Assembly: GCA_001805445.1 (NCBI GenBank)
Contig: MHGF01000036.1
Span: 7,526 to 71,525 of the forward strand
Length of the DNA stretch: 64,000 bases
DNA from: Omnitrophica WOR_2 bacterium GWF2_43_52
Lineage (GTDB): Bacteria > Omnitrophota > Gorgyraeia > Gygaellales > UBA12090
Reading direction: 5' to 3'
Part shown: piece after piece, positions 1 through 10,110 of the stretch
Layout: each line of letters begins with the position of its first letter
Numbering within the stretch: position 1 is the first letter of the stretch
The notes under the pieces: model-generated
What the model was told of the DNA's origin: nothing
Database searches by the model: none
The model's input: the letters and a program-made list of their open reading frames with translations, nothing else
Position numbers and translations under genes: made by a program

Positions 1-183
1 AAATCGATCCTGGTTTTTATAGGCCCTGAAGGCGACTTTAGCGAGGAAGAAATAGCCCTTGCCAAAGAAAACGGCTGTCATGGGATTTCTTTGGGTGAGC
101 TGACGCTTAAGGTTGATACCGCGGCAATTGCGGTGGTTGCATTTTTAAAGTTTTCATATTATCAGGCGCGAGAGTTCAGGTGA
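1..183 (+). CDS. rsmE: 16S rRNA (uracil1498-N3)-methyltransferase RsmE, C-terminal fragment (5' end lies upstream of window)
   Basis: Frame-1 translation KSILVFIGPEGDFSEEEIALAKENGCHGISLGELTLKVDTAAIAVVAFL... carries the RsmE C-terminal IGPEGGFS...E...G.....LG..ILR.ETA signature. Stop TGA at 181-183. Confidence 0.6.
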   Translation, partial: KSILVFIGPEGDFSEEEIALAKENGCHGISLGELTLKVDTAAIAVVAFLKFSYYQAREFR

Positions 184-231
184 GGTTAAAAGAAAAAACT
201 TCCTGAGTGGCTAGCCTGAAACGTTATCATT

Positions 232-1554
232 GTGCTTATGGAGGTAGTAACCAAGCGTATCACTATGAAGACATTTGAAGTAAGGACGTTAGGCTGTAAA
301 GTAAATCAGTATGAGAGTCAGGCATTGCGGGAACGCCTCCTGCGTTTAGGGCTGAAGGAGTCCCGGGGAGAGATTGCGGATGTTTATGTGATAAACACCT
401 GCTCGGTAACCCATAGGGCGGACAAGGAATCTCGTGATGCCATTCGCAAATTAAATTGTGTTAATCCCAAGGCGCAAATATTTGTTACCGGTTGTTCCGC
501 GGAAAACGCCCCGGAGAAATTAAAATCACTTGGCGGGGTTACGCGTATCGTGGGGAATATTCAGAAGGATAACCTGCCGCAGTTTATCGTATCCAGCAGC
601 GAAGGGATATCTGGTGGGCGATTGGGCATCAGCGGATTTGCTGGGCATACCAGGGCATTCTTGAAGATCCAGGACGGCTGTAATAACGGATGTTCGTATT
701 GTATTATTCCTACATTGCGCGGTAGCTCTCACAGCAGGAAGTTAGCGGAGATTATACAAGAGGCGCGGGATTTAGCCGCAAACGGTTATAAGGAGATCGT
801 GCTCTGCGGGATATGTGTCGGTGCCTATGGAAAAGATATCGCCCTTAGCGCGGGGTTGGTAAAGGTCATCGGGGAATTAGAAAAAATCGAGGGTTTGAGG
901 CGTATCCGGCTGAGTTCTATTGAGGCAACGGATGTAACTCCTGAGCTTATAGAGGCATTTGCTCATTCTAAGAAGCTTTGTTCCCACCTGCATATTCCCT
1001 TTCAAAGCGGGGATGATAAAATATTACGATTGATGAACCGTCCAATGAGCTCTGACGGTTATCGGAAGTTAATCCTTTCTTTGCGCGGGATTATGCCGCA
1101 GATAGGGATTACTACTGATATGATGGTGGGATTTCCCGGTGAGGATGAAAAAAGTTTCGCCGCGACGGTTCAGTTTTTGAAGGAAATCCATCCCTCAAGG
1201 ATGCATGTTTTTTCTTTTAGCCCCCGTAAAAATACCTTGGCATTTCGGCTCGGCTCGACAGTGAATCCCTTTATCAAAAAAGAGAGGGCGCGGCATTTGA
1301 AGTCTTTAGCCAAAGACTTTTTACTTGATTTTTCACGGGCACAGCTGGGAAGAACTATGGAGGTTTTAGTTGAAGCAAGCCCTTATAGAGATACTGGCTT
1401 ATATAAAGGCTATAGCAGTAATTATGTAAAAGTATTTATTAGAAGCGCAGAACCTGTTATAAATAAAGTAGTTACGTTAGAGGCAGTAAAAGTTTATGCT
1501 GATGGAATCCTTGCTGGAATGTCCCGAGAAAGCGCTTTCCTTGACACAACTTAG
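232..1554 (+). CDS. mtaB: MiaB-family radical SAM tRNA methylthiotransferase, MtaB-like
   Basis: N-terminal MTTase domain (TLGCKVNQYESQAL), CSYCIIP radical SAM cysteine triad, TRAM-like C-terminus; 440 aa. True start may be the internal MKTFEV at about 265. Confidence 0.8.
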   Translation: MLMEVVTKRITMKTFEVRTLGCKVNQYESQALRERLLRLGLKESRGEIADVYVINTCSVTHRADKESRDAIRKLNCVNPKAQIFVTGCSAENAPEKLKSLGGVTRIVGNIQKDNLPQFIVSSSEGISGGRLGISGFAGHTRAFLKIQDGCNNGCSYCIIPTLRGSSHSRKLAEIIQEARDLAANGYKEIVLCGICVGAYGKDIALSAGLVKVIGELEKIEGLRRIRLSSIEATDVTPELIEAFAHSKKLCSHLHIPFQSGDDKILRLMNRPMSSDGYRKLILSLRGIMPQIGITTDMMVGFPGEDEKSFAATVQFLKEIHPSRMHVFSFSPRKNTLAFRLGSTVNPFIKKERARHLKSLAKDFLLDFSRAQLGRTMEVLVEASPYRDTGLYKGYSSNYVKVFIRSAEPVINKVVTLEAVKVYADGILAGMSRESAFLDTT

Positions 1555-1674
1555 GTTATATGTTATACTTAAGAACGAAGTGGCCTGCCATTTTAAAGCA
1601 TTTTAGCCTTAGATTATTCGTCAGGATTATAATAGGAGATGCCCTCTAGTGGGGTTTAAACAAGGGGAGGTCGT

Positions 1675-2256
1675 ATGGCCATCCAGGAAACATTGGCTAA
1701 GTTTAATTGGATTGATTTATTGGCGCTTCTTTTATTGTTAAGAACCTGTTCGGTAGGTTTAAGAAGCGGACTGATTATAGGCTTGTTTAAGATAGTCGGC
1801 TGGATAGTATCGCTTTTAGTTTCTCTGCATTATTTTTCCGAAGCCGGCAGGTATCTGGTGCGCCTTATTCCTCCGTTTGGAGCTGATTTTTCAAATTTCG
1901 CCTGCTATATTATTTTGTCTATGTTAGCCTATATTGCTATAGCGTTCTTTAGGCAGGCAATTTTGCGCTTGGTCAAACCTGAGGCTACCAGCGCTGTGGA
2001 TCGGTGGGGAGGATTATTTTTGGGATTTTTTGTCGGAATTATGCTCTTGAGTGCTGTATTTATCGGTTTCCATTTATCCGGTATTACCTATGTAAAGGAA
2101 AGCCTGAAGCGCTCAGGTACGGGTACCGCGATAGCCTATACCAACGTTAAGGCCTATGAAGGTATTGTTAACGGTATTGTCTCCAAATTTAGCCCGGACA
2201 CAACAGTAAACCAGGATATCTATTCCGCGTTTGAATCCCCGGCGCTTGAGGAATAA
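1675..2256 (+). CDS. cvpA: CvpA-family (colicin V production) membrane protein
   Basis: 193 aa with several TM helices; N-terminus WIDLLALLLLL...GLRSGLI typical of CvpA. Confidence 0.6.
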   Translation: MAIQETLAKFNWIDLLALLLLLRTCSVGLRSGLIIGLFKIVGWIVSLLVSLHYFSEAGRYLVRLIPPFGADFSNFACYIILSMLAYIAIAFFRQAILRLVKPEATSAVDRWGGLFLGFFVGIMLLSAVFIGFHLSGITYVKESLKRSGTGTAIAYTNVKAYEGIVNGIVSKFSPDTTVNQDIYSAFESPALEE

Positions 2257-2258
2257 GC

Positions 2259-3206
2259 ATGACATTAAAGAAATTATATGAGTTGATTGTTAAGCTTGGT
2301 ATCAGCAGGGATCCCCGTGGCGTAGCCATGCGTGAATATTTTTCTGCTATCAGGAAAGAGTACCGCGGCCTGCGGGGGGTTGAACGGCGTTATTTTGATC
2401 GAGAGGCATTGACAAATCCGTTTTCCGATACCAGGATACTCTATGGCGATAGAGAGCATCGGGTAAAGAAAATCCTCGTCGGTATTGATATTGAGGCTCC
2501 GGAGATTTTACTCGCGGATAAAATCAGGGAAAAGGACGGCCTTGACTTAGTGATTGCGCATCATCCGGAAGGCATAGCCTACGCGGGTTTAGCGGAGGTA
2601 ATGCGGGTGCATAATTTTATTCTGCAAAAATTAGGCTTGCATAAAGAGGTTGTTGATGATTTTGTCAAGGAGCGTAGTAATGAGGTTGCGCGGCGGATAT
2701 CTTCTGCCAACCATTCTCGGGCAGTGGATGCCGCACGGCTTTTAAATATTCCCTTTTTATGCTGCCATACGCCTTCGGATAATTTTGTCGCGGGGTATCT
2801 CCAGGCATTGCTTGATAAAAGTAAGCCTAAAAAAGTAGGCGATATTATGAATATCCTCTATAAAATTCCGGAGTATACAGGGGCGCTTATCAGGAAGGCC
2901 GGGCCAAAGATTGTTTTGGGTAAGGCTGGAAAGAAGGCAGGAAAAGTTTTTGTAGATATGACCGGCGGCACTGAGGGGCCGAAGGAACTTTTTGCCAGGC
3001 TTTCACAGGCAGGAGTGGGGACTTTGGTATGCATGCATCTTTCCGAAGAGCATTTTGCCAAGGTAAAGCCGGAACATATCAATGTGGTGATAGCAGGCCA
3101 TATGGCCTCCGATAACTTAGGGCTGAATTTACTTTTTGATAAAATCGAGTCTGTGGAAAAGCTGGATATTGAATGTTGCTCCGGGTTTGAAAGAATACGG
3201 CGCTAA
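2259..3206 (+). CDS. Hypothetical protein, possibly NIF3/YbgI-like dinuclear metal-centre family
   Basis: DLVIAHHPEG and VVIAGHMASDNLG resemble NIF3 motifs (AD.VI.HH / AGHH.TE). N-terminal region not recognisable. Confidence 0.4.
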   Translation: MTLKKLYELIVKLGISRDPRGVAMREYFSAIRKEYRGLRGVERRYFDREALTNPFSDTRILYGDREHRVKKILVGIDIEAPEILLADKIREKDGLDLVIAHHPEGIAYAGLAEVMRVHNFILQKLGLHKEVVDDFVKERSNEVARRISSANHSRAVDAARLLNIPFLCCHTPSDNFVAGYLQALLDKSKPKKVGDIMNILYKIPEYTGALIRKAGPKIVLGKAGKKAGKVFVDMTGGTEGPKELFARLSQAGVGTLVCMHLSEEHFAKVKPEHINVVIAGHMASDNLGLNLLFDKIESVEKLDIECCSGFERIRR

Positions 3207-3363
3207 GCCTTGATTCTAGAGAAAGAAAGTTTTTTTAAAAGCGCCAAGGGGGGTTAATCACCCTATGCCGTTTTAGGTCCTTACAGCATGTTTCCAAAGA
3301 GCGCGCCGTATCTTTGAGTATCCATTGTGATAACCAGAAAAAACAACAGTTTTAAAAATTAGC

Positions 3364-5136
3364 ATGGCATTGATTCCCGAGAGCACTATTGAAGAAATCC
3401 TCTCGCGTATAGATATTATCGAGTTGATTTCAAGCTGTATCCCCTTAAAGCGTATAGGTAAAAGCTATAAGGCGCTGTGTCCTTTCCATAGCGAAAAAAC
3501 CCCTTCTTTTGTAGTAAGCCAGGACCGTCAGATTTTTCATTGTTTTGGTTGTTCAGCGGGTGGCAACGCGATAGGGTTTTTAATGCAGTATGAGCGCCTG
3601 CAATTCCCCGAGGCGGTTGAGGCTTTGGCTAAAAAGGCGGGAGTCATCCTGCCGCAGGCTTCTTCGAGCGCTCAGGAAACGCGCAATCGCGCGGTAACGC
3701 CGCAACTCTACGCAGTCAATGAACTAGCGGCTCAATTTTATAGTAAGTATCTTTGTTCTCCGGAAGGAAAAACAGCGCTTGCCTACCTTAAAAAAAGAGG
3801 TATCGGTTCGGAGTTGATTACAAGCTTTAAGATAGGCTATGCCCCCAGCCGATGGGATGGCTTGCTTACCTATGCAAGAGATAAAAATTATTCCTTAGGG
3901 CTTATTGAAAAGGCGGGTTTGGTTATTCCCAAGGATGGAGGGGGATACTATGACCGTTTTCGGGGCAGGCTTATGATTCCTATCGTTGATGCGAAAGATA
4001 GGGTCGTTGCCTTTGGGGCACGGGTTTTAGATCAGTCGTTTCCAAAATACATCAATTCCCCTGAAACCGCTGTCTATACCAAAGGTAAAATTCTCTTCGG
4101 ATTAATAACCGCGGCCCAGGAAATACGCGCGCAGGATACGGTGATCATTGTTGAGGGTTATTTCGACCTTATGATGCCTTACCAGGCAGGCATAAAGAAT
4201 ATCGTTGCCTCCTGCGGCACAGCGTTGACACTAGAGCAGATACGGCTCCTGAAGCGCTATACCCATAATGTCATTATGATTTACGATTCGGATAATGCCG
4301 GGCAGATGGCAACGATGCGCAGTTTACATACCTTAGTCCACGAGGGGATGGATGTGAAGGTAGTGTGCCTTCCTCAAGGCTATGACCCCGATGCGTATAT
4401 GCGCCATTTCGGCCCTGAGAAGTTTCGGGCGTTGGTAGCTCAGGCAAAAGATATCTTTGATTATGCCATTGATATGCTAAAAATAAAATACAACCCTTGC
4501 GAGGTAAGCGGTAAGGTGAAAATAGCATCTGAAATGCTTGTACTCATCGGCAGTTTTGATAATACAGTTATTGTATCCGCGTACATAAAGAAATTAGCGC
4601 AAGAGTTAACCCTTGATGAACATTCTCTTTTAGTAGAGTTTAAGAAAATAAAGCATGCCGCGCTCTCGCCTATGCATGAGAAAAAAACGCCCGTTTCCGT
4701 GAAACCGTTTTTAGCTTCGTTAGCGTCGGAGCGTTTGTTGGTGAAATTAATGTTGGAGGAGCAGGAGCTTATCGAGAATCTAAAAGGAAAAATTACTCCC
4801 GCGGATTTCCGGGACAGCCATTTAAGCCGGATAGTCGAGAGGATGTTTGATTTATTCTGTCAAGGAAAGAAAATCGACGCGAAAAGCTTAGTCAATGATT
4901 TCTCGGACTCCTCTCTTTCTGCTGTGATCTGTGAGCTTGCCGCAGGTGACGGCCCCCAGTCGCCAGACCGCGGAAAGGCTATGAATGACTGTATTAAACG
5001 GATGAAGGAAGACACGCGCAAACTAAAACAGCAGGAGATCTGCGAAAAGATGAAATTGGCTGAAGTGCAAAAAGATGAGCATAGGCTAAAAGAGCTATTG
5101 GAAGAATTTCAGTGTTTGTCTAAAAAGGGAGGATAA
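3364..5136 (+). CDS. dnaG: DNA primase DnaG
   Basis: CHC2 zinc finger [13 protein letters not shown]...[21 protein letters not shown] region EGYFDLM; immediately upstream of rpoD (classic dnaG-rpoD arrangement). Confidence 0.95.
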   Translation: MALIPESTIEEILSRIDIIELISSCIPLKRIGKSYKALCPFHSEKTPSFVVSQDRQIFHCFGCSAGGNAIGFLMQYERLQFPEAVEALAKKAGVILPQASSSAQETRNRAVTPQLYAVNELAAQFYSKYLCSPEGKTALAYLKKRGIGSELITSFKIGYAPSRWDGLLTYARDKNYSLGLIEKAGLVIPKDGGGYYDRFRGRLMIPIVDAKDRVVAFGARVLDQSFPKYINSPETAVYTKGKILFGLITAAQEIRAQDTVIIVEGYFDLMMPYQAGIKNIVASCGTALTLEQIRLLKRYTHNVIMIYDSDNAGQMATMRSLHTLVHEGMDVKVVCLPQGYDPDAYMRHFGPEKFRALVAQAKDIFDYAIDMLKIKYNPCEVSGKVKIASEMLVLIGSFDNTVIVSAYIKKLAQELTLDEHSLLVEFKKIKHAALSPMHEKKTPVSVKPFLASLASERLLVKLMLEEQELIENLKGKITPADFRDSHLSRIVERMFDLFCQGKKIDAKSLVNDFSDSSLSAVICELAAGDGPQSPDRGKAMNDCIKRMKEDTRKLKQQEICEKMKLAEVQKDEHRLKELLEEFQCLSKKGG

Positions 5137-5138
5137 CG

Positions 5139-6701
5139 TTGGCTAAGGTGAATGTCAAGAGAGATTTAAAAAAGATTATTAGCTTGGGAAAGCAAAAGGG
5201 TTTTCTGACGTACGACGAACTCAATGACCTGCTTCCCGAAGATATTTCTTCTACCGAAGAGATTGACCAAATTTTTGAGCTTTTAGGCAGTGAGGACATC
5301 CGCATTATTAATCCTCTTGACCAGAAGGGGAAAGAGGCTGAAGAGCCGGAAGAGCAGGTAAAGGAGCTCTTGGATGAAAAGCTTATTCTTGAGAGCAGGT
5401 TTGTTCCACTCGACGATCCGGTAAAAATGTACCTCAAGCAGATGGGCTCTATCGCTCTTTTAACCCGGGAAGAGGAAATCACCCTGGCAAAAAAAATAGA
5501 AGCGACGGAAGTAGAGCTGTGCGAGGCGGTGTATTCCACGGCATATGCCAGGGCTGAAGTTTTAAAGGTTGTAAATAGTTTATTCCATAAGGAGGCTAAT
5601 CTAGAAGATATCCTTAAGGAGGAAATTAAAGTAAAAAAAGAGTCAATCATGCGGCGTTTTTCGCGCCTGGCGCATCGGCTAAGGCATTCACGGATGCAAT
5701 CGAATAATGTAAAGCTGCTTATGTCATTCGGTTTTACCACCTCTATTGTTGAGGACACCGCGAAGAACTTTATGGCTATGCTAAAAGAGCTTGATGAGGC
5801 AACCCGCAGGCTTGAGCAGTCTCCAAAGAAATCACCTAAGATACCGGACTATAGGGCCAAGAGAAGGGAGCTGTTAAAGCTCTTAGGCAGCCAGTCGCCA
5901 GAGACACTCAAGGAAAGTAGTAAAATAATAAGGATGCGGCTTTTCAGGTTCAATAAGGCAAAGAAAAAACTAGTTGAGGCAAATCTGAGGCTAGTAGTAA
6001 GTATTGCCAAGAAATATACCAATCGGGGGATGTCCTTTCTGGATTTGATTCAGGAGGGTAACATCGGGCTTATGCGCGCGGTTGAGAAGTTTGAATATAA
6101 GCGCGGGTATAAATTTTCAACCTATGCCACCTGGTGGATCCGCCAGGCGATTACCCGCTCCATAGCTGACCAGGCACGCACTATCCGCATCCCTGTGCAT
6201 ATGACAGAGGTAATCAACAAAATTTTACGGGTGAGCAGGATTTTTGTCCAGGAATATGGGCGCGACCCACAGTCTGAAGAGATAGCCAAAGAGATGAGAA
6301 TATCCCAGGATAAAGTAAAAGCGATCTTAAAGATTGCGCAGGAGCCGATTTCTTTGCAAACACCGATTGGCGATGAAGGTGATACCCATTTCGGAGACTT
6401 TATTGAAGATAAAAAGGCTATTTCTCCCGCTAATGCCACGGTGTATTCAATGCTCAAAGATAATATGAGCGAGGCTTTAGCGACGCTGACCGAAAGGGAA
6501 AGGAGAATATTGCTCTTACGTTTTGGCCTTCAGGATGGAACTGCCCGTACCCTGGAAGAGGTGGGTAAGGTTTTTAGGGTAACCCGCGAGAGGGTACGCC
6601 AGATTGAAGCCAAGGCGTTAAAGAAACTGAGGCACCCTACACGCAGCAGGAAACTGCGCACATTTCTTGATATGGCTATTGCAAGCGAGAGAGAGTATTA
6701 A
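5139..6701 (+). CDS. rpoD: RNA polymerase sigma-70 factor RpoD
   Basis: Region 2 ([63 protein letters not shown]) and regions 3-4 ([18 protein letters not shown]). Confidence 0.95.
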   Translation: MAKVNVKRDLKKIISLGKQKGFLTYDELNDLLPEDISSTEEIDQIFELLGSEDIRIINPLDQKGKEAEEPEEQVKELLDEKLILESRFVPLDDPVKMYLKQMGSIALLTREEEITLAKKIEATEVELCEAVYSTAYARAEVLKVVNSLFHKEANLEDILKEEIKVKKESIMRRFSRLAHRLRHSRMQSNNVKLLMSFGFTTSIVEDTAKNFMAMLKELDEATRRLEQSPKKSPKIPDYRAKRRELLKLLGSQSPETLKESSKIIRMRLFRFNKAKKKLVEANLRLVVSIAKKYTNRGMSFLDLIQEGNIGLMRAVEKFEYKRGYKFSTYATWWIRQAITRSIADQARTIRIPVHMTEVINKILRVSRIFVQEYGRDPQSEEIAKEMRISQDKVKAILKIAQEPISLQTPIGDEGDTHFGDFIEDKKAISPANATVYSMLKDNMSEALATLTERERRILLLRFGLQDGTARTLEEVGKVFRVTRERVRQIEAKALKKLRHPTRSRKLRTFLDMAIASEREY

Positions 6702-6773
6702 TAATTAGGGACAGACACTATTTATTAAAAATGGCGCGTCTAATATGGAAATAAATAGTGTCTGTCCCTAATT
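6702..6773. repeat. Perfect 23-bp inverted repeat (AATTAGGGACAGACACTATTTAT / ATAAATAGTGTCTGTCCCTAATT) around a 26-nt loop, between the rpoD stop and tRNA-Gly
   Basis: Read directly. No U-tract follows, so it is not a canonical intrinsic terminator. Could be a processing or regulatory hairpin or a mini-palindromic element. Confidence 0.7.
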
Positions 6774-6777
6774 AAGC

Positions 6778-6850
6778 GCGGGAGTAGTTCAGTGGTAGAA
6801 CAATAGCCTTCCAAGCTATATATGGGGGTTCGATTCCCCTCTCCCGCTTT
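6778..6850 (+). tRNA. tRNA-Gly (anticodon TCC)
   Basis: Cloverleaf parsed by eye: acceptor GCGGGAG/CTCCCGC, D-stem GTTC/GAAC, anticodon stem ATAGC/GCTAT with loop CTTCCAA (anticodon TCC), T-loop TTCGATT. CCA not encoded. Confidence 0.85.
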
Positions 6851-6856
6851 TAAAAA

Positions 6857-7276
6857 ATGAGATTCCTTACCGAACATCTTTGGTTTAACACCTCCACCAA
6901 GCGCGCCTATATAAATATTACCCCTCAGATTGAAGAATTAGTAAGAAAAAGCCAAGTCAAAGAAGGGCTATGTTTAGTCAATGCCATGCATATTACCGCA
7001 AGTGTCTTCATTAACGATGATGAAGATGGCTTGCTGAAAGATTTTGAAAAGTGGCTGGAACGCTTAGCCGCGCATGAGCCGGTTTCGGCGTACAGCCATA
7101 ATCTTACCGGCGAAGATAACGCTGATGCCCATTTAAAGAGGCAGATAATGGGCAGAGAAGTAGTGGTTGCTATTACCAACAGGAAGCTTGATTTTGGCCC
7201 GTGGGAACAGATTTTTTACGGAGAGTTTGATGGTATGCGTAAGAAAAGGGTAATGGTTAAGATTATTGGGGAATAA
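6857..7276 (+). CDS. yjbQ: YjbQ/UPF0047-family protein (secondary thiamine-phosphate synthase-like)
   Basis: 139 aa; motifs INIT..I......G...V...HTSASV.IN and H...GEDNADAH consistent with the YjbQ family. Confidence 0.65.
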   Translation: MRFLTEHLWFNTSTKRAYINITPQIEELVRKSQVKEGLCLVNAMHITASVFINDDEDGLLKDFEKWLERLAAHEPVSAYSHNLTGEDNADAHLKRQIMGREVVVAITNRKLDFGPWEQIFYGEFDGMRKKRVMVKIIGE

Positions 7277-7307
7277 CAATATAGCAATATAGTACTATGT
7301 TAAAAGC

Positions 7308-7460
7308 GGATATCAGGGAATCAGGATATTAGGCTTTGGGAATCAGGAGATCAGGAAAGTGGGATTTGTTTTTGTCCCTAATATCCTGATGCCCTGATTG
7401 CCAAATCCTGATACCCAGATTACCTCATTCCCGTATTACACATATTGTAGTTACTGCTGA
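7308..7460. repeat. Copy A of a ~150-nt palindromic element built from ATCAGG/ATTAGG hexamers on the left arm and CCTGAT/CCTAAT on the right arm
   Basis: GGATATCAGGGAATCAGGATATTAGG...CCTAATATCCTGATGCCCTGATTGCCAAATCCTGATACCCAG. Shares architecture and sequence with copies at 16537-16705 and 18641-18775. Confidence 0.8.
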
Positions 7461-7475
7461 AAAACCTTTATTTTG

Positions 7476-7568
7476 CACGAATAGGCACAAATTACACACA
7501 AATACACACGAATTAATTCGTCGCTGTATTCGTGATGATTAGTGTGTAATTCGTGGGAATTCGTGTTT
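7476..7568. promoter_or_regulatory. Cluster of CACGAAT/ATTCGTG motifs upstream of the thyA-like gene, including a perfect 14-bp palindrome ACGAATTAATTCGT at 7509-7522
   Basis: Six copies of the 7-mer in both orientations within about 95 bp directly upstream of the CDS. Operator-like. Confidence 0.4.
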
Positions 7569-7614
7569 AAAAGACGCTTTTTCAGTGATAACTATTGTAA
7601 GAAGGGGGGATGCT

Positions 7615-8391
7615 ATGGCAGAGGAATTCCTAAAACCGGTGTATCTGGAAGCGTTTGATCTTGATGACGCATGGTTTCAGTGCCTTAGTGCGATTATCGA
7701 AAATGGCCACATTTACTCTATTGACCGCGGCAGTTATCAGGGGCAGCGCCGCCTGGAGTTTGATTTTGTTACGGTGAGGGTAAAAAAACCGTCGCATCAG
7801 ATTATTCCTGTTATTCCCGAGGGGATGTCTATTCCCTCGCCCACGGATATGGAGTATGTGCAAGGGTATTTAAGTTACCTGCTTACCGGAACTAAGACGA
7901 ATACGGAAGATTATACCTATGGAGAGCGTTTGGTTGACGCGAAAGCCCGTGTGCGTAACGGCGATTTAGTCAAAGAAATGCCGCTTGAAGTAAACCAGAT
8001 AGAAGAAGTTATCAGGATGTATAAAACCCAGGGTTTTGGCACGAACCAGGCAACGATGGAAATCGGTATGCCTTCGGATATAAAGCTTGAAGACCCGCCT
8101 TGCCTAAGAATTATTGATACGCGCATCCGTTACGGGAAACTGCATTTTATACTTTACTTTCGTTCCTGGGATTTGTGGGGAGGGTTTCCTTCTAATTTGG
8201 GAGGGCTGCAGTTAGTTAAGCAGTATATGGCTTCAGAGATAGGTGTGGAAGACGGTGAGATTATTGCCTGCAGCAAGGGGCTGCATTTGTATGAGTATTC
8301 CTGGGAATTAGCCCAGATGCGTACGAAGAAAGTTATTAAAACAAACCCTACAAAGAGTAATCCCTTCGTAACTTCTTCCCGGTCGTGTTGA
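7615..8391 (+). CDS. Divergent thymidylate synthase (ThyA) superfamily protein, alternative or archaeal-like
   Basis: Aligns by eye to ThyA blocks: DRGSYQGQRRLEFDF (like DRTGTGTLSIFG), PPCLRIIDTRIRYGKLHFILYFRSWDLWGGFPSNLGGLQLV (like [38 protein letters not shown]). Preferred start ATG 7615 has SD AAGGGGGG; the longer ORF uses GTG 7585. Confidence 0.55.
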   Translation: MAEEFLKPVYLEAFDLDDAWFQCLSAIIENGHIYSIDRGSYQGQRRLEFDFVTVRVKKPSHQIIPVIPEGMSIPSPTDMEYVQGYLSYLLTGTKTNTEDYTYGERLVDAKARVRNGDLVKEMPLEVNQIEEVIRMYKTQGFGTNQATMEIGMPSDIKLEDPPCLRIIDTRIRYGKLHFILYFRSWDLWGGFPSNLGGLQLVKQYMASEIGVEDGEIIACSKGLHLYEYSWELAQMRTKKVIKTNPTKSNPFVTSSRSC

Positions 8392-8482
8392 TATGACAAA
8401 CGAAGCCTGTATCTTTGGGTGAGGTTACCTACTCAGGATGAAATCTGCCATAGGGTAGCTTCGAGCTACGCTTGAGCATAGT

Positions 8483-8529
8483 GCTACACTCTCGCGCGGT
8501 AATGAGCGCGAACGTGTAGCATTTTTTTC
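8483..8529 (+). terminator. Rho-independent terminator after the thyA-like gene
   Basis: GC-rich hairpin GCTACACTCTCGCGC...GCGCGAACGTGTAGC followed by a T7 tract. Confidence 0.7.
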
Positions 8530-8541
8530 GAAACGAAGATA

Positions 8542-8570
8542 TTGACAGTGAAGAGTTTCTTAGCTATTAT
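8542..8570 (+). promoter_or_regulatory. Sigma-70-type promoter for gpsA
   Basis: TTGACA (8542-8547), 17-nt spacer, TATTAT (8565-8570); about 30 nt upstream of the gpsA start. Confidence 0.55.
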
Positions 8571-8602
8571 AGATTGTTTCATTATATATACTATGGAGAG
8601 CG

Positions 8603-9601
8603 ATGCAAAAGGTTACAATTCTTGGGGATGGAGGCTGGGGGACGACACTTGCTATCCTGTTAGCCCATAAGGGTTTTCAGGTATGTCTTTGGGGAGCATT
8701 TGAGGAAAATATTAACCGTATACATAAGCGGGGGGTTAATGATAAATTCCTCCCGGGTATTCGCGTTCCTTCCTCAATAAAGCTTACTTCGGACTTATCA
8801 GCAGCCATTAGTGACGCGCAGGTAATTATTCTTGCTGTGCCTTCGCAATTTATCCGTCAGGTAGTAAGGCGTATCGCGCCCTTGAAGAAGGCGGGAGTAC
8901 CTTTGGTAAGCGTGATTAAGGGGATTGAAACCAAAACGCTTCGGCGTATGTCTGAGGTTATTTATCAAGAATTAGGCAGGCGCCTGAAACTGGCAGTACT
9001 TTCAGGCCCGACGATTGCCCTAGAAGTCGCTCAGGGTATTCCTACTACCGCGGTAGTAGCTGCTACGGACAAATCTCTGGCTCAGGCACTACAGCATATG
9101 TTTATCACCGATAGATTCAGGGTGTATACGAATTCAGATGTTATAGGGGTAGAATTAGGCGGGAGCCTTAAAAATATCATTGCTATCGCTTGCGGGATAT
9201 CCGATGGCTTAGGCTTTGGCACGAATACGAAAGCAGCGCTTTTGGCGAGGGGATTGGCAGAAATGAGCCGTTTGGGTATAGTGATGGGGGCTAAAAAAGA
9301 AACCTTTAGCGGAATAAGCGGCTTGGGTGATTTAGTGACTACCTGTATAAGCTTGCAGAGCCGTAATAGATTTGTCGGTGAGCAAATCGGGAAAGGTAAA
9401 AAACTAAAGGATATTTTATCGCATATGAATATGGTGGCAGAAGGCGTGCCTACCGCGAAAGCCGGGTATCTCTTGAGCAGAAAATACAAAGTCGCGATGC
9501 CCATTACCGAACAGGTCTACAATGTCCTCTATAAAAACAAGAACCCGCTTAAGGCGGTAAATGATTTGATGAGGCGGGAGAAGAAGGCGGAGATTAGTTA
9601 A
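8603..9601 (+). CDS. gpsA: NAD(P)H-dependent glycerol-3-phosphate dehydrogenase
   Basis: N-terminal Rossmann motif KVTILGDGGWGTTLAILLA, 332 aa, conserved GpsA core. Confidence 0.9.
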   Translation: MQKVTILGDGGWGTTLAILLAHKGFQVCLWGAFEENINRIHKRGVNDKFLPGIRVPSSIKLTSDLSAAISDAQVIILAVPSQFIRQVVRRIAPLKKAGVPLVSVIKGIETKTLRRMSEVIYQELGRRLKLAVLSGPTIALEVAQGIPTTAVVAATDKSLAQALQHMFITDRFRVYTNSDVIGVELGGSLKNIIAIACGISDGLGFGTNTKAALLARGLAEMSRLGIVMGAKKETFSGISGLGDLVTTCISLQSRNRFVGEQIGKGKKLKDILSHMNMVAEGVPTAKAGYLLSRKYKVAMPITEQVYNVLYKNKNPLKAVNDLMRREKKAEIS

Positions 9602-9602
9602 G

Positions 9603-9887
9603 GTGCAGTATGTCTATGTGTTACAAAGTTTGAAAGATGGTAATTTTTACACTGGGTATACAGGCGATTTAAAACGCCGAATAGAAGAACATAACAGCGG
9701 TTTGCAAGTTTCAACTAAAGCCAGAATGCCTTTTAAGCTTGTTTATTATGAATGGTGTATATCAAAAGAGGACGCGATTAATAGAGAGAAATATTTAAAA
9801 AGTGGCAGAGGTAAGGCGTATCTAAAAGAAAGAATCAGGCATTATTTACAGGAGTTTGACGGAGTGCTCCTCGAACAAAACCTGTAA
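9603..9887 (+). CDS. GIY-YIG nuclease-domain protein (YhbQ/UPF0213-like)
   Basis: VYVLQS..DGNFYTGYTGDLKRRIEEHNSG is the GIY-YIG signature; 94 aa. Confidence 0.75.
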   Translation: MQYVYVLQSLKDGNFYTGYTGDLKRRIEEHNSGLQVSTKARMPFKLVYYEWCISKEDAINREKYLKSGRGKAYLKERIRHYLQEFDGVLLEQNL

Positions 9888-10110
9888 TTAGAATAGCGTA
9901 GGTACAGGAAAGATGATGAGGGGGCGTGCCCCGTACAAAACCTGTAATTTACAGAGCAAAGTTTTGTTCGGGGCGTGCCCCGAACAAATTTTCTGTATAG
10001 GATGTTGATATAAATTAAATTTTATAAAATAGATACCTGGGTATAGTAATTGACTATGGGGGGGCGTGCCCCGTACAAAATTGCTATACTTAGATATAAC
10101 AATTTTGTAC
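9868..10110. repeat. Array of GGGGCGTGCCCCG palindromes, each followed by (T/A)ACAAAA(CCTGTAATT), between the GIY-YIG gene and tRNA-Pro
   Basis: Units at about 9921, 9969 and 10059. The 9-mer CGGGGCGTG is identical to the tRNA-Pro 5' end at 10110. TTTGTTCGGGGCGTGCCCCGAACAAA is itself a long palindrome. Spacing is irregular. Confidence 0.75.

Noticed and set aside
9868-10110. Possible CRISPR array
   Set aside because: Repeat units are palindromic but spacer lengths are irregular (about 20-70 nt). Units vary in sequence and no cas genes are nearby. Better explained as tRNA-associated palindromic repeats.
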